Source: Desulfobulbus propionicus DSM 2032 (GTDB lineage: Bacteria; Desulfobacterota; Desulfobulbia; Desulfobulbales; Desulfobulbaceae). Taken from it: a stretch of 32,000 nucleotides of DNA. This document shows, piece after piece, positions 1 to 9,540 of this stretch. Each line of letters starts with the position of its first letter. Position 1 is the first letter of the stretch. A program made the position numbers and the translations under genes. Location of the stretch: contig NC_014972.1 in assembly GCF_000186885.1 (NCBI RefSeq), positions 2,310,001 through 2,342,000 on the forward strand. Direction: 5' to 3'. The notes under the pieces are model-generated. The model was not told where the DNA came from. It was given only the letters and a program-made list of their open reading frames with translations, and ran no database searches.

Positions 1-190
1 GCACCTCGATGCCGCTCATCTTTTTGAGCTTGATGTCGAGAATCGCCAGATCCACAGGATGCTGGCGGGCAAAGGCGATAGCCGCGTCCTCTTCGGTGAA
101 GGTATGGACCACATGTCCCTTTTTCTTGAGAATCTTACCGACCAGCACGGTGGCGTCGAGCACATCGTCCAGGGTGAGAATTTCAGCCAT
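1..190 (-). CDS. Response regulator receiver (REC) domain protein, N-terminal ~63 codons only; gene runs off the left window edge
   Basis: Not in the ORF track because it is truncated. Minus-strand reading from ATG 190..188 gives MAEILTLDDVLDATVLVGKILKKKGHVVHTFTEEDAAIAFARQHPVDLAILDIKLKKMSGIEV, with a CheY-like acidic DD pair and a phospho-acceptor Asp in LAILDIKL. GGAGG (200..196) lies 5 nt upstream of the ATG. The start is 29 nt downstream of the kinase stop. Confidence 0.8.
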   Translation of the reverse strand, partial: MAEILTLDDVLDATVLVGKILKKKGHVVHTFTEEDAAIAFARQHPVDLAILDIKLKKMSGIEV

Positions 191-219
191 TTGTTCCTCC
201 TTGCTCTGAATCCAAATGG

Positions 220-1782
220 TTATTCTTTTATCGCTGCCGTTTCCTCGGCTTCGGGCAGCGCCAGGCGGAACAGGGTGCCCGGCAGCTGGGTGCCGGCCGG
301 TCCGGAAACGGGACTTTCAATTTCAATGGTCCCGCCGTGCTCCTGAATAATGCCGTAGGAAACCGAAAGCCCCAAACCGGTCCCCTTCCCCACCGGCTTG
401 GTGGTGAAAAAGGGGTCGAAAATCCGCGCCTTGATGTGTTCCGGAATACCGTGGCCACTGTCGCGAACCTCGGCAATGACCTTACCGGTCTGGCGGTCGA
501 AGCGGGTGGCAAGGTGCAACTCGCCGCTGCCCTGCCCTTCCATGGCGTGATGGGCGTTGTTGATCAGATTGACGACCACCTGGCGCAGCTTTTCCGGGTC
601 GCCGACAATGGGCGGCAGATCGGGGGCCAACGTCAACAGCACCTTGATATGACTGAGGTTGAGACTGTGTTCGGTGATCGCCACGGCATCCTCGATGATC
701 TCGTTGACATCCACCGTTTCCCGGGCGCTGCCCGATTGGCGCGAATACTTGAGCAGATCGGCCACAATCTTGCGGCTGGCCTTGGTCTGACGCTCGATGA
801 CTTCAAGGTTCTGGTATGTTTCCGAATCCTTGTCAAAATCATCCATCATCAACTGGGCGTACCCAAGAATGATGCCGAGCGGCGTATTGATCTCGTGGGC
901 GATACCGGCGGCCATCTGTCCGACCGAGGCCATCTTTTCGCTGGACACCAGCTGCTCCATCATGGTCTTCAGCCGGGTCAAATCCTTGGCAATCCCTTCG
1001 GAGCCGATGATGTTGCCCTGTTCGTCATAGAGGGCGGTGGCCGAAATCAGCACGTAAATGGTCGTGCCGTCCTTTTTCTTGAATTCGGATTCGAGATCAC
1101 GAATATATCCATCCTTTTCCAGCATCACGGCGTAGGTGCGCACATCTCCCTCGTGGCGGAAAATATCGCGCAGAGTCAGCCGGGAGAGCTCATCGGCCGT
1201 GTAGCCCAGCATTTCCGAACCCGAGGCATTCATATCAAGAATTGCGTGACTGCTGTCGGAAAAAAAGACCATGTCCTTGGAGGCGGTGAACAGATGACGA
1301 AATTTCCGCTCCGACTTGGACAGCTCGGCCGTGCGCTCCTCGACCTTGTCTTCCAGGTTGAGGTTCAACTCCTTCAGTTCGTTGGCGGTTTGGGTTAGAC
1401 GAATCTTGGACTGTTTGAGCTTGGCCGCCTCCTGCTCAATGGCCTCGTATGCCTGCACTCCCTTGTGATAAAAAATCATCACTGCGGCCACTGAAATCAT
1501 GCACAGGGTATTGAACCCTCCGGAATAGGGGGCAATGCCCTGCCAAAGTTCCCCCCTGCCGACAATAAAAAGCAGTTCCTTGGCGATGTGGCCAACGGCC
1601 CTGGACACGGCAAAGGCGGTAATCGCCAGGGTGACGTAGAAAAGGCAACCCCAGAGAAAATTCTCCGGCTTGAGCCGGGTGAGACGAAAGGCGTACCACA
1701 GGGACAAAAAGGAAAAAAGGATATTGGCCGCCGAGCCGGCGATGTCGACAATGATGGTCGGCAGCAGGGGCAGGCCGTTCAT
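220..1782 (-). CDS. Membrane-bound PAS-domain sensor histidine kinase
   Basis: Track ORF 220..2232 trimmed to ATG 1782..1780 ([13 protein letters not shown]...). This start forms an ATGA overlap with the upstream gene stop, and the 150 upstream codons are Pro/Arg/Gly-rich shadow sequence. Motifs: H-box [19 protein letters not shown]-box [14 protein letters not shown]1 RDSGHGIP, F-box FDPFFTTK, G2 GTGLGLS. A PAS-like block runs from [14 protein letters not shown] to [10 protein letters not shown]. The N-terminus has about 3-4 hydrophobic helices with short loops. Confidence 0.9.
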   Translation of the reverse strand: MNGLPLLPTIIVDIAGSAANILFSFLSLWYAFRLTRLKPENFLWGCLFYVTLAITAFAVSRAVGHIAKELLFIVGRGELWQGIAPYSGGFNTLCMISVAAVMIFYHKGVQAYEAIEQEAAKLKQSKIRLTQTANELKELNLNLEDKVEERTAELSKSERKFRHLFTASKDMVFFSDSSHAILDMNASGSEMLGYTADELSRLTLRDIFRHEGDVRTYAVMLEKDGYIRDLESEFKKKDGTTIYVLISATALYDEQGNIIGSEGIAKDLTRLKTMMEQLVSSEKMASVGQMAAGIAHEINTPLGIILGYAQLMMDDFDKDSETYQNLEVIERQTKASRKIVADLLKYSRQSGSARETVDVNEIIEDAVAITEHSLNLSHIKVLLTLAPDLPPIVGDPEKLRQVVVNLINNAHHAMEGQGSGELHLATRFDRQTGKVIAEVRDSGHGIPEHIKARIFDPFFTTKPVGKGTGLGLSVSYGIIQEHGGTIEIESPVSGPAGTQLPGTLFRLALPEAEETAAIKE

Positions 1783-2258
1783 TTGCCGCTCCCCGCCGAG
1801 GCGGTGACCACCGAACGATAAAACGAACGCAGGCCGAGAAAGAGGCAGAAAAGGGCCGGCACGTACATCAGATGATCGAGCTTGGTGATGAAATAGAGAT
1901 ACTGGTGCAGGGTCAGGGGGCCAACCAGCCGGGTCTGCAGGTAGCAATCGGTCTGCAACAGGGCCTGCGGATCGAGATAGACACCGACAAGATGACCAAT
2001 GAAGGCCAGCGTGTTCCAGCAGGCCATCAGAATACAGAACATCTGCAAGTAGCGCCATCCACGGCCGGTAAAGGAAGCGCGGCGGATATCCCAGTAAAAA
2101 TAACCGAGGGCAAAGATGTAGTGCAAGTGGGCCATCTGATGGACGTACAGCCCTTCCGGCTCCCCGTGCACCTGCAGGGCCAAGGCATTGTCCGGAAGGA
2201 CAAGAGCCAGGACGGCCATCACAAAAAACCATGTACGAGTGACTGTTCCTCTGGTCAT
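1779..2258 (-). CDS. Small His-rich polytopic membrane protein of unknown function, translationally coupled to the histidine kinase
   Basis: Track ORF 1779..2354. The stop TGA (1781..1779) overlaps the kinase ATG (1782..1780) as ATGA. The start is ambiguous between ATG 2258 (MTRGTVTRTWFFVMAVLALVLPDNALA, signal-peptide-like) and ATG 2294 (preceded by a G6 run). Several hydrophobic segments and many His residues (VHGEPEGLYVHQMAHLHY, IGHLVG, LHQYLY, LDHLMY). No family recognised. Confidence 0.6.
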   Translation of the reverse strand: MTRGTVTRTWFFVMAVLALVLPDNALALQVHGEPEGLYVHQMAHLHYIFALGYFYWDIRRASFTGRGWRYLQMFCILMACWNTLAFIGHLVGVYLDPQALLQTDCYLQTRLVGPLTLHQYLYFITKLDHLMYVPALFCLFLGLRSFYRSVVTASAGSGK

Positions 2259-2310
2259 CAAGGCACGTTCAGTTCGGGTTTCATGCACACACATTGTTCT
2301 GCCCCCCATT

Positions 2311-2327
2311 AGCACGATGCGTACCAG
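2311..2327 (-). promoter_or_regulatory. Candidate sigma54 (-24/-12) promoter upstream of the membrane protein/kinase/regulator operon
   Basis: Minus strand reads CTGGTACGCATCGTGCT against consensus YTGGCACGrNNNTTGCW. The GG and GC dinucleotides have canonical spacing and 11 of 14 specified positions match. The predicted TSS near 2300 leaves a leader before ATG 2258. Confidence 0.3.
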
Positions 2328-2391
2328 CCTTGGCACGCACCCGCCAACAATCAACTAATTCATTGAAAAAACAAACTTATCTTTCCATAGC

Positions 2392-2405
2392 CCGCCATAT
2401 GGCGG
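2392..2405. repeat. Perfect 14-bp palindrome CCGCCATATGGCGG, a possible activator or operator site
   Basis: Read directly: CCGCCAT/ATGGCGG. It lies about 70 bp upstream of the -24 element of the candidate sigma54 promoter, relative to minus-strand transcription. A second inverted repeat, GCAAC-N6-GTTGC, sits at 2439..2454. Confidence 0.35.
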
Positions 2406-2750
2406 TAATGCGGCGTGCGCCTTGTGAAACGGGAAACCGCAACATAAAAGTTGCAGGAGAAACAAAAACAATGCGCCAGTCGCGAGACGGTTATTGAACG
2501 CTGATCAAGGAAGAAAAGAAATCAGGAAGAGAAAAGCGGGGCTTCAGCCAGCGTTCTGCCCGGCGCTGTGTTTCCCGTCAGAAATGACGCTGAACCGGCG
2601 AGGGGGTACGGCGGCAGCCGCCATCGGCCGATCCTCTGCGTGTCCCGGGCTGGCAAAGCACCCCTGAACCGGGAACCGCGCATGACAGCCGCCAACCCGC
2701 CGTCCCGGCAGGACTTTTTATACGGAAAACGAATTCGGCACGGACCGTTG

Positions 2751-4964
<2,214 letters not shown>

Positions 4965-5178
4965 TGCCGCCTCTCCAGGGAACATGTTCGTGTCACACGC
5001 TATCAACTTATTTAAAATACTTCAAAATCGTCGATAGATCAAGCCCCTCCAACCCCTCGTTCACTTCCAGTAGCCGTTTCCCCTTTTATCGCCCGCAAGC
5101 GGTGACGATCCACGGACCCTTGCGCTACCGCCTCCGGAACCAGGCCGCGCCCGCTCCTTCCCTGTTCCCCCTTGCGCG

Positions 5179-6561
5179 TCATGCCCCTGCGTCCGCAACC
5201 AATCGATAGCACGGGATGTAGGTGCTGGTCGGCAAGCGCATCCGTTGCTGCTCGACAAAGGCAGTGAGCAGGGTGTCGAGGGGCTGCATGATGCGGGCGT
5301 CGCCGCACAGTTCAAACAATCCCTTTTCCTCGATGGCCCGAATACCGGCATCCTTGACGTTGCCGGCGACGATCCCGGAAAAGGCCCGGCGCAGGTTGGA
5401 CGCCAGCAGATGCGGCGGCTGATTCTTGTGCAAGTTCAGACTGCGCATGTTGTCATGACTGGGCACAAAGGGGAGTTGCAGGCTGAGATCGATGTTGAGC
5501 ATCCAGTTGAAATAATAGGCGTCGTCGGTCTTGAGCCGGAACTGGCGGACCTTCTCGACGCCTTCCAGGGTCTTGCGGGCCACGGTTTCGGGATCGTCGA
5601 TGATGATCCGGTACATCTGCCGCGCCGCCGGCCCCAGGGTATCGGTGATGAAGTGGTCGATCTGCTCGAAATAGCCGGCCGCGCTGGCCGGTCCGGTGAA
5701 GATCAGCGGCAAGGGGATACGCGAGTTTTCCGGATCAAGCAAGATGCTGAGGATATAGAGAATCTCTTCGGCCGTGCCCACGCCGCCGGGAAAGACAATC
5801 ACCGCGTGGCCGACGCGGACAAAGGCCTCCAGCCGCTTTTCGATATCCGGCATGATCACCAGATCGTTGACAATGGGATTGGGCGATTCCGAGGCAATGA
5901 TCCCCGGTTCGGTGATCCCCAAATACTGGCCGGTGTAGATCCGTTGCTTGGCGTGGCCGATGGTCGCGCCCTTCATCGGCCCCTTCATCGCCCCCGGTCC
6001 GCAGCCGGTGCAGATGTCGAGCCCGCGCAATCCCAGCTGATAACCGACCTCCTTGCTGTAATCGTATTCCGCGGGGGATATTGAATGGCCGCCCCAGCAA
6101 ACCACCAGCCGTGGCGGGGTGCCGGGCCGCATGATGCGAGCGTTGCGCAGGATATGGAAGACGGCGTTGGTGATGCCGTCGGAGGTGGCCAGATCGAAAC
6201 GGGGATTGTTGTTGATGGTGTCATCGACGTAGACGATATCGCGGAGCACCGCAAACAGGTGCTCCGTGATGCCGCGGATCATTTTGCCATCGACAAAGGC
6301 GCTGGCCGGGGCGTTGCGCAGATCGAGCTTGATGCCGCGTTCTTCCTGAATCACCCGGATGTCGAAATCCTTGTACCGTTCCAACAGTTCCCGACCGTCG
6401 TCGAGATAACCGCCGTAGTTGAGCACCGCCAGCGACGAGTTGCGAAACAGGGGATAGAGCTCGCCCTGGCTGGCATTGAGCAGTTTGCCCACCTCCAGCC
6501 GGGACAACACGTCCAGGCTGCCGTTGGGGCTAATACGGCCGTCGATGACATCATACTGCAT
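5179..6561 (-). CDS. ppnN: Pyrimidine/purine nucleotide 5'-monophosphate nucleosidase PpnN (YgdH, LOG family)
   Basis: The 460-aa ORF is collinear with E. coli PpnN (LFRNSSLAVLN, VVCWGGHSI, ICTGCGPGAMKGPMKGA, IMPDIEKRLEAFVR, VFPGGVGTAEE, RRAFSGIVAGNVK, YIPCY). AAGGA lies about 8 nt upstream of the ATG. Confidence 0.9.
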   Translation of the reverse strand: MQYDVIDGRISPNGSLDVLSRLEVGKLLNASQGELYPLFRNSSLAVLNYGGYLDDGRELLERYKDFDIRVIQEERGIKLDLRNAPASAFVDGKMIRGITEHLFAVLRDIVYVDDTINNNPRFDLATSDGITNAVFHILRNARIMRPGTPPRLVVCWGGHSISPAEYDYSKEVGYQLGLRGLDICTGCGPGAMKGPMKGATIGHAKQRIYTGQYLGITEPGIIASESPNPIVNDLVIMPDIEKRLEAFVRVGHAVIVFPGGVGTAEEILYILSILLDPENSRIPLPLIFTGPASAAGYFEQIDHFITDTLGPAARQMYRIIIDDPETVARKTLEGVEKVRQFRLKTDDAYYFNWMLNIDLSLQLPFVPSHDNMRSLNLHKNQPPHLLASNLRRAFSGIVAGNVKDAGIRAIEEKGLFELCGDARIMQPLDTLLTAFVEQQRMRLPTSTYIPCYRLVADAGA

Positions 6562-6804
6562 AAAAAATATCCTTTAAAAACAATTGAATGAACATAATCC
6601 CTCCTATTGGGGCTGACGGAACAGCGCTTGCGTGAGGTTTGCGCGTACTCGACCCGTCTCGGCGAGCAACGGCAGACATTATCTTGCCCCTCTTGTAGAG
6701 AGAAAAAGGAAAAAGAGGGGCAACGAAGCCGTGAACGAAAATAACCCGAGGCAAACAAGTACGTCTCTTGTCCTAATCATGAAAACCGTGGACAAAAGAA
6801 GCTT

Positions 6805-7809
6805 TCAGTCGCCAATACGGACGATGGCCCTCCCCCGGTTTTTTCCTTGGAGAATGAGGCCGATGCGCTCATCCAGCGCCTCCAGATTGGGCAGTTCGGT
6901 GGTGATGGTGTCGAGGTGGTCCAGCTTCCACTCGCCTGACAGTCGCTTCCAAACCCGCCGGCGCAGCGGTGCGGGACAGTTGACCGAATCGATGCCCAAG
7001 AGGCTGACGCCGTTGAGGATGAAGGGGTAAATCGAGGTGTGCAGCTCACCGGAGGTAATATTGCCGCAACAGGTGACCGTGCCGCCGTAACGGGTGGCCT
7101 TGATCGCTGTGCTGAGGATATTGCCGCCCACCGTATCCACCGCGCCTGCCCAGCGTGGTTTAAGCAGAGGGCGACCGCTCTGGTCATCCACCTCGGAGGA
7201 GCTGATCACCTCGTTGGCGCCGATCTGCCGCAGATAGGACGTTTCCGCCCCTTTGGTGGTGGCTGCCATGACCTTGTAGCCGCACTTGGCGAGAATGGCC
7301 ACGGCGATGGAGCCCACACCGCCGGTGGCGCCGGTCACCAGAATCGGTCCATGGCCCGCAGCCACACCGTTGTCGATCAGCCGCAGGCAGGAAAGCGCGG
7401 CAGTAAACCCGGCCGTGCCGTAGATCATGCTCTCGCGCAGGCTCAATCCGGCCGGCAGGGGGACCACCCAGGCAGCAGGTACCCGGATATATTCGGCAAA
7501 GCCGCCGCTGGTATTCATCCCCAGGTCAAACCCGGTCACCAGCACTTCATCGCCGGGTTTGACGTTCGGCGCGCTGCTCTCGGCCACGATTCCGGCCGCG
7601 TCGATGCCCGGAGTATGCGGGTAGCGGCGGGTAACGCCCTTGTTGCCCGAGGCGGAGAGCGCATCTTTGTAATTAAGGGAGGAGTAACGGACCCGAATCA
7701 GCACCTCACCGACAGGCAGGTCGTCGACGTGCCGCTCGCCAATGGCGCGGACAAACTGCTTCTCTTCGGTTTCGGTGACGATCATGGCCTTAAATGCACG
7801 GTTGTCCAT
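6805..7809 (-). CDS. YhdH/AcuI-family NADPH-dependent quinone oxidoreductase / acrylyl-CoA reductase (MDR superfamily)
   Basis: The 334-aa ORF is collinear with E. coli YhdH (SSLNYKDALSASG, PGIDAAGIV, GTAGFTAAL, VTGATGGVGS, AGAVDTVGG, ILNGVSLLGIDSV). GGAGGAAG lies directly upstream of the ATG at 7809. Confidence 0.85.
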   Translation of the reverse strand: MDNRAFKAMIVTETEEKQFVRAIGERHVDDLPVGEVLIRVRYSSLNYKDALSASGNKGVTRRYPHTPGIDAAGIVAESSAPNVKPGDEVLVTGFDLGMNTSGGFAEYIRVPAAWVVPLPAGLSLRESMIYGTAGFTAALSCLRLIDNGVAAGHGPILVTGATGGVGSIAVAILAKCGYKVMAATTKGAETSYLRQIGANEVISSSEVDDQSGRPLLKPRWAGAVDTVGGNILSTAIKATRYGGTVTCCGNITSGELHTSIYPFILNGVSLLGIDSVNCPAPLRRRVWKRLSGEWKLDHLDTITTELPNLEALDERIGLILQGKNRGRAIVRIGD

Positions 7810-8043
7810 AGCTTCCTCCTTGGGCGGGTTGTGGGTCCTAGCGGATCATTGATCGGTGTACTACTATATGGAGTTCCTCGCTGCAGCGCAAGGTGTGCCG
7901 GGGCCGCCCCGAGGCTGGACAAAGAGATGTTTGCTTTCTCTTCGGGTGATGGTAAAAGAGCAACTTGGGGCAAGCCGCCGCCCCTCCATCCGCCGCTCCG
8001 CCCCTCATCAATCTTCTTATCGATCTGCGACCCGCTCTCTTTC

Positions 8044-9249
8044 ATGCTCAACCGCATACTCGTTACCGTGGTGCTCTCGGTGTTCATCGCCCTCTTGGGC
8101 GTTGGCATCATCATTCCGGTGCTGCCGGTTCTGGCAACTTCCCTGGGAGCCTCCGGCTTTGCCCTGGGGTTGATCACCGCCGCCTTTTCCCTGAGCCGCG
8201 GCCTGCTGCAACCGGTGGTTGGCAACCTGTCCGACCGTTGGGGGAGAAAAGGGTTTCTCGTCGGCGGCCTGTTCATCTATGGCTTGGTCGGCTTGCTCAT
8301 TCCCCACGCCGGCAGTGTTGGCCACCTGGTAATGATCCGCCTCTTTCAGGGTGTGGGCGCGGCGATGATCGTACCCGTGGCCATGGCCTATGCCAGTTTT
8401 CTCGCGCCTCCGGGCCAGGAAGGCCGATACATGGGGGTGATCAACATTGCCATCTTCTGCGGCATCGGCTGCGGCCCGATTGCTGGCGGAATTGTCTCTG
8501 ATATGTGGGGACTGGCCTCGGTTTTTCACATCATGGCCGGACTTTGCTTTTTCTCTTTCCTCCTCGTGATGGTCAACATGCCCTCGGTTTGTCCGATCGA
8601 TCAACGGCAACAGGTTGGGCTGTGGGTTAATATTCGGCTGATGCTGAACCGACGGCGAACAATGGGCATTTTCATTGCCCGCTTCGGCACCGTGCTGATG
8701 ATGGTCCCGACCATGGCCTTTCTGCCGGTGATGATGGCCCAATGGCCGGACAGCACCGGTTTCCAGACCGGGCTGGTCATTGCCGGCCGCACCCTGGTCA
8801 ACGCCCTGCTCCAATACCCCTTCGGCTGGGTGGCCGACCGCTGCGACAAGGTGCTGCTCCTGCTCATCGGCTGCGGCTGCATGAGCATAGCCGTTTTTCT
8901 CATCCCGACCATGACCACCTTCCCGACCATGGTCGGGATCTATCTGTTCCTCGGCTTGGGCGAAGCGGTGCTCTGGCCGGTGCTGGGCGCCTACGCCGCC
9001 GAAGAGGGTCGAACCCATTTCGGCCATGGCACGATGATGGGGGTATTCAACCTGGCGATGAGCGCGGGCGTGTTTACCGGCGCCCTGCTTGCGGGGATGA
9101 GCATGGATTCGCTCGGAATGCGGCAGGCTTTTTTCGTCACCGCCGGTGCCATCATGCTCCTCACCGTGATGGCGGCCATCTTGATCCGCAGCGGCGAGGC
9201 GGCTGGAGAGGCCGAAGAACAGCGCCCCCCCTCCTCACCTTGCGGATAA
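8044..9249 (+). CDS. MFS transporter (12-TM type, motif A GNLSDRWGRKG)
   Basis: Track ORF 7039..9249. The first 335 codons are antisense to the reductase gene, so the start is set at the in-frame ATG 8044 (MLNRILVTVVLSVF...), right before TM1. No obvious SD, so the start is uncertain. Hydrophobic throughout, with MFS motif A between TM2 and TM3. Confidence 0.8.
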   Translation: MLNRILVTVVLSVFIALLGVGIIIPVLPVLATSLGASGFALGLITAAFSLSRGLLQPVVGNLSDRWGRKGFLVGGLFIYGLVGLLIPHAGSVGHLVMIRLFQGVGAAMIVPVAMAYASFLAPPGQEGRYMGVINIAIFCGIGCGPIAGGIVSDMWGLASVFHIMAGLCFFSFLLVMVNMPSVCPIDQRQQVGLWVNIRLMLNRRRTMGIFIARFGTVLMMVPTMAFLPVMMAQWPDSTGFQTGLVIAGRTLVNALLQYPFGWVADRCDKVLLLLIGCGCMSIAVFLIPTMTTFPTMVGIYLFLGLGEAVLWPVLGAYAAEEGRTHFGHGTMMGVFNLAMSAGVFTGALLAGMSMDSLGMRQAFFVTAGAIMLLTVMAAILIRSGEAAGEAEEQRPPSSPCG

Positions 9250-9288
9250 TGTCTTAAATTTGTTGATAATACAACTTTTTCATCCCAT

Positions 9289-9318
9289 GGATCACTTGAC
9301 GTGATCCGTTATTCTGGT
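9289..9318 (+). terminator. Possible intrinsic terminator after the MFS gene
   Basis: Perfect 7-bp stem GGATCAC (9289-9295) / GTGATCC (9301-9307) with a 5-nt loop TTGAC, followed by the T-rich GTTATTCTGGT. The U-tract is interrupted. The loop also contains a TTGACG that could instead be a -35 box for the tRNA. Confidence 0.35.
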
Positions 9319-9341
9319 TATTTAATGCTGTTTAATGTAAT

Positions 9342-9426
9342 GCGAGCGTGGCGAAATTGGCAGACGCACCAGACTTAGGATCTGGCGGTACCCACCTTGG
9401 GGGTTCGACTCCCCCCGCTCGCACCA
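9342..9426 (+). tRNA. tRNA-Leu (anticodon TAG), type II with long variable arm, CCA encoded
   Basis: Folded by hand. Acceptor GCGAGCG (9342-9348) pairs with CGCTCGC (9416-9422), followed by discriminator A and CCA. Anticodon stem CCAGA/TCTGG has loop CTTAGGA, with the anticodon at 9376-9378. The 13-nt variable arm has a GGT/ACC stem. The T-arm is GGGGG-TTCGACT-CCCCC. Confidence 0.93.
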
Positions 9427-9540
9427 CCCTTCCCGAGCCCATCAAGCACAGCGCGCGAATCAAGACGAACAGCGAGCTGACAATAACTGCGCCGCCGGGG
9501 TCACAGCCGCGGAAACACGAACAAGAGGAACCGTAAGTCC

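Noticed and set aside
1783-2232. 150-codon N-terminal extension of the histidine kinase ORF (track 220..2232)
   Set aside because: The extension is Pro/Arg/Gly-rich and overlaps, out of frame, the hydrophobic membrane-protein ORF. The internal ATG at 1782 gives an ATGA coupling and a sensible TM start.
2331-2336. Exact TGGCAC hexamer on the plus strand, a possible sigma54 -24 box
   Set aside because: The downstream sequence (GCACCCGCCAAC) has no correctly spaced TTGC/GC element. No plus-strand gene follows, since it points into the antisense of ppk.
2294-2497. 67-aa plus-strand ORF in the long intergenic region
   Set aside because: It has no SD, a composition like random translation of a regulatory region, and it overlaps the probable promoter and start of the minus-strand operon. 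There is no supporting motif.
7039-8043. 335-codon N-terminal extension of the MFS ORF (track 7039..9249)
   Set aside because: It is antisense to the well-supported YhdH/AcuI-like gene and has no membrane character. The MFS fold begins right after ATG 8044.
9296-9326. TTGACG-N17-TATTTA as a sigma70 promoter for tRNA-Leu
   Set aside because: The -35 hexamer is the loop and 3' arm of the GGATCAC/GTGATCC hairpin, and the -10 box matches only 3/6. The promoter and terminator readings cannot be told apart from sequence alone, so no promoter is called.
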